Source of the DNA: Acutalibacteraceae bacterium
GTDB lineage: Bacteria > Bacillota > Clostridia > Oscillospirales > Acutalibacteraceae
DNA length: 64,000 nt
Direction of reading: 5' to 3'
Assembly (NCBI GenBank): GCA_045578845.1
Contig: JAZNLA010000061.1
Span: 12,581-76,580, forward strand
Positions 43,815-54,040 of this stretch are shown here, piece by piece. The notes beneath the pieces were generated by a model, which worked only from the letters and a program-made list of their open reading frames with translations, was not told where the DNA came from and searched no databases. Each line of letters starts with the position of its first letter. The first letter of the stretch is position 1. Position numbers and translations under genes: made by a program.

Positions 43815-44867
43815 ATGTATACCCGATACGATACAAAAGCAGTAAATGTCGGTGGTATTAAGATTGGCGGCGGAAACAATGTTTCGGTTCAGTCAATGTT
43901 AAACACACCGTCTTATGATATAGAAAAAAGCGTTGCCCAAGCGGTTGAGTTGGAAAAGGCAGGGTGCGATATTATTCGTGCCGCCATTCCCGATTTGGAA
44001 TCGGTAAAACTTATTCCCGCACTTAAAAATGCCGTCAAAACACCTATTGTTGCCGATATTCATTTTGATTATAAATTAGCGATTGAGTCGGCGGCGGCAG
44101 GGGTTGATAAAATAAGAATAAACCCCGGAAATATCGGTGACGAGCAGAGGGTAAAGGCAGTGGTGCAAGCCTGCCGACTGCGTAATATCCCCATAAGAAT
44201 AGGTGTAAATTCAGGCTCGGTTGAAAAAGAAATTTTAAAAAAGTATGGTTCGCCAACCGCAGATGCACTTGTTGAGAGTGCTATGTACCACGCCTCACTG
44301 CTTGAAAAATTTGACTTTGACGATATAGTGATTTCTATAAAATCATCAACCGTTCCCACCATGTTTTCTGCCTATAAAAAAGCGGCCGAAATATGCTCAT
44401 ATCCGTTGCATTTAGGCGTTACCGAGGCGGGCACTTTCCACAGCGGAGTTATAGCTTCAAGTGCAGGCATAGGCGGTTTGCTGCTTAGCGGTATAGGGGA
44501 CACGATAAGGGTATCGCTGACCGACGAGCCTGTAAAAGAAGTTTACGCCGCAAAGGATATTTTAAAGGCGGTAGGACTAAAGAACAACGGCATAAAAATC
44601 GTTTCCTGCCCCACCTGCGGCAGAACGAGGATTGACCTTATAGGAATTGCAAAAAAGGTCGAAGAACTATTGAGAAATTGCGAAAAGAACATAACCGTAG
44701 CCGTAATGGGTTGCGTTGTGAACGGCCCGGGCGAAGCCAAAGAGGCCGACATAGGTATTGCAGGCGGTGACGGTTGCGGACTTATTTTCAAAAAGGGCGA
44801 AATTATAAAAAAAGTGCCCGAAAACGAACTTATCGAAAACCTAATGGCCGAAATCGAGAAGATGTAA
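43815..44867 (+). CDS. ispG: 4-hydroxy-3-methylbut-2-enyl diphosphate synthase
   Basis: 350 aa. C-terminal Fe-S ligands SCPTCGR...GCVVNGPGE. Confidence 0.96.
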   Translation: MYTRYDTKAVNVGGIKIGGGNNVSVQSMLNTPSYDIEKSVAQAVELEKAGCDIIRAAIPDLESVKLIPALKNAVKTPIVADIHFDYKLAIESAAAGVDKIRINPGNIGDEQRVKAVVQACRLRNIPIRIGVNSGSVEKEILKKYGSPTADALVESAMYHASLLEKFDFDDIVISIKSSTVPTMFSAYKKAAEICSYPLHLGVTEAGTFHSGVIASSAGIGGLLLSGIGDTIRVSLTDEPVKEVYAAKDILKAVGLKNNGIKIVSCPTCGRTRIDLIGIAKKVEELLRNCEKNITVAVMGCVVNGPGEAKEADIGIAGGDGCGLIFKKGEIIKKVPENELIENLMAEIEKM

Positions 44868-44887
44868 AAAAGGATAAGGTGTAAATT

Positions 44888-47800
44888 TTGAGCATACATA
44901 AAATGGCAGATGTCTTCGGCAGTGTTATCGAAGATTTCAGTGAGGACATTAAAAATGCAGACTTAGAAACCTGTGATATAAATACGGAAGACAGGCGGCT
45001 TTTTGCCGGCTGTTCTTTTGCCGTATATATAAAAAAAAGTGACATATTAAGTCTGACAGACGCCATTTGTAACCGCCTTAATTTAAGTTCGGTAAAAATT
45101 TCGGGGCGTTTTGCACCCGACTGTTATTGTGCCGCAGCGGCGGAGGACATAGCACATGAACTTCGTGCCGAAAATGTAATGATTAACGGCTATTTTAACG
45201 CCGCTTTGTTTACTGTGGAAGATAAACACACCGAAATTGAACTGAAATACGGCGGTTTTGAAACTTTACAATCGGTAGATTTTGAAAAGAAGTTTAAGGC
45301 TATGGTAAAAGACCGTTTCGGCATCGATGTAAACCTAAAGTTTACAGGCCAACTCCAAGATGTCGAAATAAAAATGCCCGAAATAAAGCAAGAGCCGATA
45401 AAATACACTGAAATTCCGCCTCAAAATAACTACGGTGGTCACGAAACACCGCGTGCCGTTCGCCCAAAGTCGCCAAAAGTTACCGAGCCGAGGCAGATTT
45501 CGGGGCTAAGTATACCTGAAGATTTAGGTATACTGCCCGACTCGGTAGAGCAGGTGTACGGTAAAACTTTAAACGGAACATTTAAAAGACTTAAAGATAT
45601 AAATCCCGAGGACGACGAAAACCTTGTTTGGGGCGAAATCTTTTTTGCCGACGCACATGCAACAAGAACGGGCAAAAGTTACATAGTAAAATTCCAAATA
45701 TACGACGGTACTAACTCAATAACGGTCAAAAACCTTATGGGTACCGCACAGTATGAGGCGTTAAGCGATATAATCAAGGTAGGAAAAACCGTTGTTGTTC
45801 ACGGCAAATACGCTATGGACGATTACGATAAGGACTACTGCCTTGAAATGGATGCCTTGGCTACCGCAAAGAAAAAAGGCGGAAGGGTTGATACTGCAGA
45901 CCAAAAACGAGTAGAACTTCATTTGCACACAAGTATGTCGCAGATGGATGCGGTGTCACCTGTAGCAAATATCATAAAACAGGCGGTAAAGTGGGGACAT
46001 AAAGCAATTGCCATAACCGACCACGGTGTCGTACAGGCGTTCCCCGACGCCATGAATACCCTTGACGATTTACGCCGCAGCGGTGAGGGTGAAGATTTTA
46101 AAATCATTTACGGTGTTGAGTGTTATTTCGTTAATGATGTCACAGGTCAAGCCGACGGCGGTATCGACGGCGGTGTTGACTCGACAACCCTTGAAAGATA
46201 CCATCAAATTATATTGGTTAAAGACCAAGCGGGACTTAAAAATTTATACAAGTTGGTATCTTTTGCACATCTTAATTATTATAAAAAGACGTTAAACCCG
46301 AAAAATCCCGCCAAACCCCGCCCTGCAAAGCCGTTAATTCCCCGTTCGGTGCTCGAAAAATACCGCGAGGGGCTTATTGTCGGCAGTGCTTGCGAACAGG
46401 GTGAAATTTTCCGTGCGGTAATGGATAAAAAGTCGGAAAAAGAACTGCTTGAACTTGCCTCATTTTATGATTATTTGGAAATTCAGCCGCTCGGCAATAA
46501 CGGATTTATGTTAAGGGACGGCTTAGTTCAAAACGAGAAGGATTTAATTAACTTTAACCTTAAAATTATAGAAATTGCCGACAAACTGCAAAAGCCTGTT
46601 GTTGCAACGGGCGACGTTCACTTTTTAAACCCCGAGGATAAGGCACTGCGTACCATTTTAATGGCGGCTCAAAAGTTCAGCGATGCCGAACATCAACCGC
46701 CTTTGTATCTTAAAACAACCGACGAAATGTTGGCTGACTTTAAGTATTTGGGCGATAGGGCAAGAGAGGTTGTAATAGATAATCCAACTAAAATTGCCGA
46801 CATGATAAGCGGTGAAGTCAGAGCGGTGCCGAGCGGCAACTATCCGCCTAAAATCGAAGGCTCTGACGATATTTTGACCGAAAAGGCAATGCGTAGAGCA
46901 AAGGATATTTACGGCGAAGAGTTACCGCCGACAGTTGCAGAACGCCTGCAAAGAGAACTTGACTCTATTATAAAACACGGTTTTTCGGTCATGTACGTTA
47001 CGGCTCAAAAATTGGTTGAATATTCCGAAGAAAAGGGTTATTTGGTCGGCTCGCGTGGTTCGGTCGGCTCGTCTTTTGTCGCTACAATGGCGGGTATTTC
47101 CGAAGTAAACCCACTGCAACCGCACTATGTTTGTCCTAAATGTAAAAACACCGAATTTATTACCGACGGGACTGTCGGCTCAGGTTTTGATCTGCCGCCC
47201 AAGAAATGTCCTAAATGCGGTGCCGATTACAACCGCGACGGACACGATATACCGTTCGAAACCTTCTTAGGATTTGACGGTGACAAGGTGCCCGATATTG
47301 ACCAAAACTTCTCGGGCGAAGTGCAACCCTTTGTCCACAGATACACTGAAGAACTTTTCGGTGCCGAAAACGTTTTTAAAGCGGGCACTATTTCAACCGT
47401 AGCCGATAAAACGGCATACGGTTATGTCAAAGGCTATGCCGAGGACTACGGAAAAACGGTCAATAAGGCCGAGGAAACAAGGCTTGCTACGGCTATTGAT
47501 AAGGCAAGTATCAAACGCACAACAGGTCAGCACCCCGGCGGCATGGTTGTTGTCCCGAGAGATATGGAAATTTACGATTTTTGCCCCGTTCAGCACCCTG
47601 CCGATAAGGTGGACTCCGACATGGTTACAACCCATTTCGATTTCCATAAAATTCACGATAATATACTGAAACTTGACGAACTCGGTCACGATGTGCCGAC
47701 CATTTATAAGTATTTGGAAGAGTATACGGGCGTTCCCGTGCTCTCGGTTTCAATGAGTGATAAAGATGTTATGAGTCTGTTTTTATCGCCCGAGGTATTA

Positions 47801-48727
47801 GGCGTTACCGAGGCGGATATAGGCTCAAAAACGGGTACGTTTGCACTGCCCGAACTCGGTACAAAATTCGTTCGTGATATGTTGGTCGAGTCCAAACCCA
47901 AAACCTTTTCCGATTTGTTGCAGATTTCGGGACTGTCCCACGGTACCGATGTTTGGATAGGCAACGCACAGGAACTTATCCGCAACAAAACCTGTACGAT
48001 TTCCGAGGTTATAGGTACGCGTGACAGTATTATGACCTACCTTATCTACCGCGGTGTGCCAAAGAAAATGGCGTTTAAAATCATGGAAATTGTCCGTAAA
48101 GGCAAGGCTAAAAAACTGCTTACCGAGGAACATTTACAGGTTATGCGAGAGAACAATGTGCCCGAATGGTATATCGACTCTTGCTATAAAATTAAGTATA
48201 TGTTCCCCAAAGCCCATGCGGCCGCGTATATGATTGCGGCACTAAGACTCGGTTGGTATAAGGTCCATCGACCTGTCGAGTTTTACTGTGCGTATTTCAC
48301 AGTTCGTGCCGAAGATGTCGAGGTTGAAACCCTCTTAAAGGGCAAAGAAGCGGTAAAAAAGCGTATCAATGACATAAAACTTTTGGGCAACGCGGCAAGT
48401 GCCAAAGAAAAATCGGTTGCCGATACGCTCGATATTTTCAACGAAATGCTCTGCCGTGGCATTGAGATTTTACCTATCGACCTCAATAAATCCGACGCAA
48501 GAAAGTTCCTTGTAGAAGACGGAAAAATGCGTTTGCCCATAGGCGTTTTGCCCGGTGTCGGTGCCAAGGCGGCGGCCGATTTGGGCGAGGCTCTTAAAAA
48601 AGGCAACTTTATTTCGGTTGACGATTTGCAACTTGAAGCAGGCGTTTCAAAAACCGTTATTGAAGCACTGAAAGGTGTCGGGGCACTTGACTTTTTGCCC
48701 GATACCAACCAAATGACACTGTTTTAA
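44888..48727 (+). CDS. polC: PolC-type DNA polymerase III alpha subunit, apparently without the internal exonuclease domain
   Basis: 1279 aa, TTG start. OB fold, PHP HLHTSMSQMDA, Zn finger CPKCKN...CPKCG, palm PDIDQNF and TTHFDFHKIHDN, GLSHGTDVW and KAHAAAY, all collinear with B. subtilis PolC as I recall it. There is no FDxETTG, HNAxFD or HxAxxD exonuclease motif. Canonical locus after rseP-ispG. Confidence 0.9.
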   Translation: MSIHKMADVFGSVIEDFSEDIKNADLETCDINTEDRRLFAGCSFAVYIKKSDILSLTDAICNRLNLSSVKISGRFAPDCYCAAAAEDIAHELRAENVMINGYFNAALFTVEDKHTEIELKYGGFETLQSVDFEKKFKAMVKDRFGIDVNLKFTGQLQDVEIKMPEIKQEPIKYTEIPPQNNYGGHETPRAVRPKSPKVTEPRQISGLSIPEDLGILPDSVEQVYGKTLNGTFKRLKDINPEDDENLVWGEIFFADAHATRTGKSYIVKFQIYDGTNSITVKNLMGTAQYEALSDIIKVGKTVVVHGKYAMDDYDKDYCLEMDALATAKKKGGRVDTADQKRVELHLHTSMSQMDAVSPVANIIKQAVKWGHKAIAITDHGVVQAFPDAMNTLDDLRRSGEGEDFKIIYGVECYFVNDVTGQADGGIDGGVDSTTLERYHQIILVKDQAGLKNLYKLVSFAHLNYYKKTLNPKNPAKPRPAKPLIPRSVLEKYREGLIVGSACEQGEIFRAVMDKKSEKELLELASFYDYLEIQPLGNNGFMLRDGLVQNEKDLINFNLKIIEIADKLQKPVVATGDVHFLNPEDKALRTILMAAQKFSDAEHQPPLYLKTTDEMLADFKYLGDRAREVVIDNPTKIADMISGEVRAVPSGNYPPKIEGSDDILTEKAMRRAKDIYGEELPPTVAERLQRELDSIIKHGFSVMYVTAQKLVEYSEEKGYLVGSRGSVGSSFVATMAGISEVNPLQPHYVCPKCKNTEFITDGTVGSGFDLPPKKCPKCGADYNRDGHDIPFETFLGFDGDKVPDIDQNFSGEVQPFVHRYTEELFGAENVFKAGTISTVADKTAYGYVKGYAEDYGKTVNKAEETRLATAIDKASIKRTTGQHPGGMVVVPRDMEIYDFCPVQHPADKVDSDMVTTHFDFHKIHDNILKLDELGHDVPTIYKYLEEYTGVPVLSVSMSDKDVMSLFLSPEVLGVTEADIGSKTGTFALPELGTKFVRDMLVESKPKTFSDLLQISGLSHGTDVWIGNAQELIRNKTCTISEVIGTRDSIMTYLIYRGVPKKMAFKIMEIVRKGKAKKLLTEEHLQVMRENNVPEWYIDSCYKIKYMFPKAHAAAYMIAALRLGWYKVHRPVEFYCAYFTVRAEDVEVETLLKGKEAVKKRINDIKLLGNAASAKEKSVADTLDIFNEMLCRGIEILPIDLNKSDARKFLVEDGKMRLPIGVLPGVGAKAAADLGEALKKGNFISVDDLQLEAGVSKTVIEALKGVGALDFLPDTNQMTLF

Positions 48728-48742
48728 AAGCAGGACTTTATT

Positions 48743-49348
48743 ATGTACGAAAATTTTTTCATACCATACCCGCAAATTAAAACTGACCGACTTATAATCC
48801 GCAGAGTACGGAGAAGTGACGCCAAGGGACTTTTTCGTCTTTGCTCACTGCCCGAAACCTCGAAATATTCACTCTGGAGTCCGCATGAGAGTTTAAGCGT
48901 AACCAAACAGTTTATCGCCTACCAACATTCGCTCGAAAGACGGCAAAGTTGCTTTTTCTTTGTTGTTGAGGAAGCGGCAAGTAAAGAAATTGTCGGCTCT
49001 TGCAGTTATGTGTCGTTTGACGAGTTTTATAAAATTGCCGAAATCGGCTACAGTGTATTAAAATCACGGTGGGGGAAAGGCTACGGCACCGAAATTGCCG
49101 ATGCCCTTACGGCGTTCGCCTTTAACCGAATAGGCGTGCAACGTGTATTTGCAAGGGTTGTGCCCGAAAATGTGTACTCTGCGGCAGTGCTTGAAAATTT
49201 GGGGTTTGCCTTTGAGGGCACCCTCAAAAAAGCCTACTATTACGGTGAAAAATCCTACGATATTGCGGTTTACGGCATGACCGACGACCAATTCAAAAAG
49301 AGAGAAAATGAAAATGGAACTAAAGAAAATTGCGAGTTTTACGGTTGA
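48743..49348 (+). CDS. GNAT-family N-acetyltransferase (RimJ/RimL-like)
   Basis: 201 aa. GNAT motif A region (RWGKGYGTE). Confidence 0.85.
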   Translation: MYENFFIPYPQIKTDRLIIRRVRRSDAKGLFRLCSLPETSKYSLWSPHESLSVTKQFIAYQHSLERRQSCFFFVVEEAASKEIVGSCSYVSFDEFYKIAEIGYSVLKSRWGKGYGTEIADALTAFAFNRIGVQRVFARVVPENVYSAAVLENLGFAFEGTLKKAYYYGEKSYDIAVYGMTDDQFKKRENENGTKENCEFYG

Positions 49349-49772
49349 CCACAGCACCCTTAAAAAAGGGATTTACATTTCCCGAATTGACGGGGACATT
49401 ACAACCTATGACATAAGAATGAAACCCCCAAATATGGGTGACTATCTTGAAAACAAGGCACTTCACACGCTTGAACACCTCATAGCAACCTTTTTAAGAA
49501 GCGGTGAAAAGGAAAACGAGATTATCTATTTCGGCCCCATGGGTTGCAGAACGGGTTTTTATCTGCTTGTAAGAAACATAGAGCCTAAAGACGTGATAGA
49601 ACTTATAAAATCAGCCTTTAAATTTTCGGCGGATTTCAGCGGTACAATCCCGGGCACTACCGCAATAGAGTGCGGAAACTATCTTGACCATGACCTTTCA
49701 GGTGCAAAACAAGAGGCAAATGAATTTTTACTTGTTATACAAAATTACACAGTCGAGCGGTTAAAATACTAA
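49308..49772 (+). CDS. luxS: S-ribosylhomocysteine lyase LuxS
   Basis: 154 aa. HTLEHL metal motif and GCRTGFY. The start may be the second ATG, at 49314. Confidence 0.93.
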   Translation: MKMELKKIASFTVDHSTLKKGIYISRIDGDITTYDIRMKPPNMGDYLENKALHTLEHLIATFLRSGEKENEIIYFGPMGCRTGFYLLVRNIEPKDVIELIKSAFKFSADFSGTIPGTTAIECGNYLDHDLSGAKQEANEFLLVIQNYTVERLKY

Positions 49773-49859
49773 GTAAAACCGCTTTATATAAATATTTCCA
49801 CTAACCCCGAGGTGTCACATCTTCGGGGCCAAAGTGCTTTTAAAAATAAGGAGAAAATT

Positions 49860-50444
49860 ATGTTTTTCAGCAAACCTAAATATGAAAAAATTATTGTAGG
49901 ACTCGGCAACTTCGGGGATAAGTATGAGGCAACCCGTCACAATGTCGGATTTAGGTGTATTGATTTGATTGCTAACAATAAAGAGGTTGTTTGGAGAAAC
50001 AAATTTGAGTCGCAGATTGCAGACATTTCGTTAAACGGTAAGAAAATTTTGCTTGTAAAACCAATGACCTATATGAACAATTCGGGGCGTGCGGTGAGCG
50101 GTATTTTAAAGTTTTATAAAATGCAACCCGAAAGCGTCATAGTAATTTCCGACGACGTTTCAATGGAGGCGGGCCGACTGCGTATTAGGGCAAACGGCAG
50201 TCACGGCGGTCATAACGGACTTCGTGACATCATAGAACTTATAGGCAGTGACAACTTCGCCCGCGTAAAGGTCGGTGTCGGTCAAAAACCGCACCCCGAT
50301 TATGACCTTGCCGACTGGGTTTTGGGCAAACCGCAGGGGGAGGACCTTGAAAAATTAAAGGAAACCGAAGGTTTGGCCGCTAAGGCGGTGCTTTCTATTG
50401 TGACCGACGGCGTGCAAAAGGCAATGAGCAAATTTAACCGATAA
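49860..50444 (+). CDS. pth: Peptidyl-tRNA hydrolase
   Basis: Start is at ATG 49860 (AAGGAG RBS), inside track ORF 49812-50444. GLGNFG..Y..TRHNVGF and GGHNGLRDI motifs. Confidence 0.94.
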   Translation: MFFSKPKYEKIIVGLGNFGDKYEATRHNVGFRCIDLIANNKEVVWRNKFESQIADISLNGKKILLVKPMTYMNNSGRAVSGILKFYKMQPESVIVISDDVSMEAGRLRIRANGSHGGHNGLRDIIELIGSDNFARVKVGVGQKPHPDYDLADWVLGKPQGEDLEKLKETEGLAAKAVLSIVTDGVQKAMSKFNR

Positions 50445-50456
50445 TTTGAGGTAAAA

Positions 50457-53400
50457 ATGGATTTCAGATATAAATTTTTAAGCGAAAGTTTGGGTAGTAC
50501 CGAAAGTTTCGGCAAAATTCTGACAGCAGTAAAAAACGAAAAATACCCCATAGCACTGTCGGGAATTTCCCATATCCAAAGGGTGTTGCTGTCGGCGGTG
50601 CTACAGCAAGAAAACTCTCAAAAACTGCTTATAATTACGGCGGGCGACTCCGAAAGCGAACGCACCATAGAAGACCTGACAGCGTTAGGTATAACCTGTG
50701 TTTACTATCCCGCAAGAGAGTATTCCTTTAGAAGCGGTGTTACGGTTTCACATGAGTACGAGCACAAAAGACTGGGTGCGTTATCCCGTGTTTTAACCGG
50801 TGAGTTTGATGTTTTGGTGGCGTCGGCCGATGCGGCGGTCAGTGCGACTGTGCCTGTTAAAGTGCTTAGAAACCGCAGGTTTAAACTTAAAACCGCCGAG
50901 GAAATCTCGGTCCAAGATATAATATCCCGACTTGTCGCGGGCGGTTATTCACGTGCCGAGCAGGTCGACGGTGCAGGACAGTTTTCGGCAAGAGGAAGTA
51001 TTATCGACATCTTTCCGCCTAATTTGGAAAATCCTTGCCGAATTGACTTTTTCGGTGACGAAATTGACACGATTTACATTTTTGACCCCGATACACAGCG
51101 TCGTACCGACAGTGTTGACGAGGTGGAAATTTTCCCCGTTTCGGAAATATTCCCCGAAACAAAAGAGGATTTTAAGGTTAAATTAAAGGCACTTTGTGAA
51201 AATAAAAAAACTTCGGCTAATATAAAACAGAGAATAACCGAGGATTTGGATAGATTAGAGGCGGGTGCGAATATAGGCTTTGACGCCTATATTACGCAGG
51301 TGTACGGTACATCTGCCACACTTTTTGATTATTTTGAGTCGTTTCCCTATTCCACACTGATTTTCGACACAAACGGTTGTTTAGAAAAAATAGACAACTG
51401 TTTAAAACTTCATTTTGAGGAAATAAAACAACTGCTTTCAGAGGGTGTTTTACCGCCCGATTTTAAATCGGTTTATTTGGATAGGGTGGGTTTTTGCGAA
51501 AGGTTAAAAACCCATAATACTATCTACTGCGACAGTTTTCAAAAAACATCTTATGAGCCTAAACCCTTTACAGTTTTACCGCTTGACTACCGCCAAAACG
51601 GAAATTTCGGCGGCCCTGTCGCCTCGCTTTGCGAGGATATAAAATCGGCAAACAGGAAACTTACCGTAATACTTGCGGGCGGTGAAAAAGCGGCATCAAA
51701 CTTGACCGAAGAACTGAACGAACGCGGTATAAACGCCGTATTTTGTGCCGAGCCCGAAAGGGTGGGCAAAGAGGGCGTATTTATAACCGTAGGTTTTTTA
51801 AGTGCAGGGTTTGAACTGCCCGAAGCAGGATTGTCATGCATAGTTTACGGTAAAACCGCCGTCAAAAAGACAAAACACCGCTTTAAAAAGGGTAACGCCG
51901 TCGGCTCTTTAGAGGAATTGGAACGTGGCGACTATGTAGTCCACGCAAACCATGGTATAGGAATATTCAGCGGTGTCGAACAACTGACCACCCACGGTGT
52001 CACAAGGGACTATATAAAAATAAATTACGCGGGCAAAGACGCACTTTATGTACCCGTCACCTCGCTTGATATGGTGTCGAGATATATCGGCAGTGCCGAG
52101 GATAGTGCTGTAAAACTCAACCGTTTAGGCTCTGCCGAGTGGTCAAGAACGAGAACCAGGGTAAAAAAAGCAGTTAAGGATATGGCAAAGCAACTGACCG
52201 CTTTATATGCAAAGCGAATGCATGCCGAAGGCTACGCCTTTTCGCCCGACGGCGATATGCAGTCCGATTTTGAACGCCGTTTTAATTTCGATGAAACCGA
52301 CGACCAATTGCGTTGCTCAGCCGAAATCAAAAAGGATATGGAACGCAAGGTGCCCATGGACCGCCTGCTTTGCGGTGATGTAGGCTTCGGCAAGACCGAG
52401 GTCGCGTTTCGAGCTGCCTTTAAGGCCATAGCCGACGGCAAGCAGTGTGCTTTGTTGGTGCCGACCACAATCCTTGCTTGGCAACACTACAATAACGCTC
52501 TTGAGCGGTTCGGTAATATGGCGGTTGAGGTTGAAATGCTTTCGCGTTTCAGAACTTTAAAACAGCAGGAAAGAATAAAAAAAGACTTGGCGGCGGGCAA
52601 TATAGATTTAATCGTCGGCACCCATAGTCTTATTTCAAAGGACGTAAAATTTCGCGATTTGGGACTTATAATCGTCGATGAAGAACAACGTTTCGGCGTT
52701 GCACAAAAAGAAAAACTAAAAGAACTGTATCCTACGGTCGACGCCCTTACGCTGTCGGCAACACCCATTCCCCGAACGCTTAACATGGCACTGTCGGGGC
52801 TTCGCGACATGTCCTCAATAGAAGAAGCACCTGCTGACCGAAGGCCTGTGCAAACCTTTGTCATGGAACAAAACATGGGTGTTATCGACGAGGCGATAAG
52901 CAGGGAATTACGACGAGGAGGACAGGTATATTATCTTCATAACCGCACCGAAAATATAGAAACCGTAGCGGCGAAAATTGCCGAACGGCACGAAGGTGCG
53001 AGCGTTGCCGTAGCACACGGAAAAATGGGCGAAGAAGAACTGTCGAAAGTGTGGCAGCGTTTGATAGAGCATGAAATTGATATTTTAGTCTGCACCACCA
53101 TTATCGAAACGGGCGTAGACGTGCCTAATGTCAATACGCTTATAATCGAAAACGCCGACCGTTTAGGTCTTGCACAACTGCACCAGTTAAGGGGCAGAGT
53201 CGGCAGGTCACACCGCACTGCGTTTGCCTATCTTTTGTATGCGGGCGGTAAGGCTTTAAGCGAAATTTCTCAAAAACGGCTTGACGCAATAAGGCGGTTT
53301 ACCGAGTTCGGCTCGGGATTTAGAATAGCCATGCGTGACCTTGAAATAAGGGGTGCGGGCAGTATTTTGGGCGGTGAACAGCACGGGCATATGGAAGCGG

Positions 53401-53909
53401 TCGGTTACGATATGTATTTAAAACTGCTTAACGATGCCATAGCCGAAGAAAAGGGTGAAACTACCGCCGAACAAAAAGACTGTACCGTCGATATGCGTCT
53501 TTCGGCACATATCCCCGAACGGTATATAAAATCGCTGTCGGGCAGGCTTTTTGCGTATCGACGAATTGCCGGTATAAGAACAAAAGAAGATGTCTTAGAC
53601 GTCACAGACGAACTTATCGACCGTTACGGCGAGCCGCCGCAGGCGGTACTCACCCTTATAGATGTGTCATATCTCAGAGCCGAGGCAACCAAACTTGATA
53701 TAACCGAAATAGCCGAAAGAAACGGCAGAATTCTACTTTTTACAGACGGTTTAACCGAAGCGGTTGCAAAACTGGTTTCGTCGCCGATAAAAAGAAGGGT
53801 TTTGTTCAGTGCGGGTACAAAGCCGTATGTATCGGTAAGACCTGCCGAAAATCAAAAACCCATTGACACTTTAAAAGAGGCACTTTGCATTATGTCCGAA
53901 GAAAAATAA
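50457..53909 (+). CDS. mfd: Transcription-repair coupling factor
   Basis: 1150 aa. SF2 helicase motifs GDVGFGKTEVA and DEEQRFG, TRG motif region, pth-mfd synteny. Confidence 0.96.
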   Translation: MDFRYKFLSESLGSTESFGKILTAVKNEKYPIALSGISHIQRVLLSAVLQQENSQKLLIITAGDSESERTIEDLTALGITCVYYPAREYSFRSGVTVSHEYEHKRLGALSRVLTGEFDVLVASADAAVSATVPVKVLRNRRFKLKTAEEISVQDIISRLVAGGYSRAEQVDGAGQFSARGSIIDIFPPNLENPCRIDFFGDEIDTIYIFDPDTQRRTDSVDEVEIFPVSEIFPETKEDFKVKLKALCENKKTSANIKQRITEDLDRLEAGANIGFDAYITQVYGTSATLFDYFESFPYSTLIFDTNGCLEKIDNCLKLHFEEIKQLLSEGVLPPDFKSVYLDRVGFCERLKTHNTIYCDSFQKTSYEPKPFTVLPLDYRQNGNFGGPVASLCEDIKSANRKLTVILAGGEKAASNLTEELNERGINAVFCAEPERVGKEGVFITVGFLSAGFELPEAGLSCIVYGKTAVKKTKHRFKKGNAVGSLEELERGDYVVHANHGIGIFSGVEQLTTHGVTRDYIKINYAGKDALYVPVTSLDMVSRYIGSAEDSAVKLNRLGSAEWSRTRTRVKKAVKDMAKQLTALYAKRMHAEGYAFSPDGDMQSDFERRFNFDETDDQLRCSAEIKKDMERKVPMDRLLCGDVGFGKTEVAFRAAFKAIADGKQCALLVPTTILAWQHYNNALERFGNMAVEVEMLSRFRTLKQQERIKKDLAAGNIDLIVGTHSLISKDVKFRDLGLIIVDEEQRFGVAQKEKLKELYPTVDALTLSATPIPRTLNMALSGLRDMSSIEEAPADRRPVQTFVMEQNMGVIDEAISRELRRGGQVYYLHNRTENIETVAAKIAERHEGASVAVAHGKMGEEELSKVWQRLIEHEIDILVCTTIIETGVDVPNVNTLIIENADRLGLAQLHQLRGRVGRSHRTAFAYLLYAGGKALSEISQKRLDAIRRFTEFGSGFRIAMRDLEIRGAGSILGGEQHGHMEAVGYDMYLKLLNDAIAEEKGETTAEQKDCTVDMRLSAHIPERYIKSLSGRLFAYRRIAGIRTKEDVLDVTDELIDRYGEPPQAVLTLIDVSYLRAEATKLDITEIAERNGRILLFTDGLTEAVAKLVSSPIKRRVLFSAGTKPYVSVRPAENQKPIDTLKEALCIMSEEK

Positions 53910-54040
53910 TTTTACAAATAGGACATATTGTAAGAGAAAAATTACTGGACTTTTTAAAGGTAATAATATATACTGAATAGGATAGAACATCAAATGTTCA
54001 ATAAAACATTTAGTTTCAATTAAACGGTTAGGAGTTAAAA

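Noticed and set aside
49308-49348. 41-nt overlap between the GNAT gene and luxS as a programmed frameshift or fusion
   Set aside because: Both proteins are complete on their own. The LuxS N-terminus matches the family from MELKKIASFTVDH, and the overlap is a non-conserved GNAT tail.
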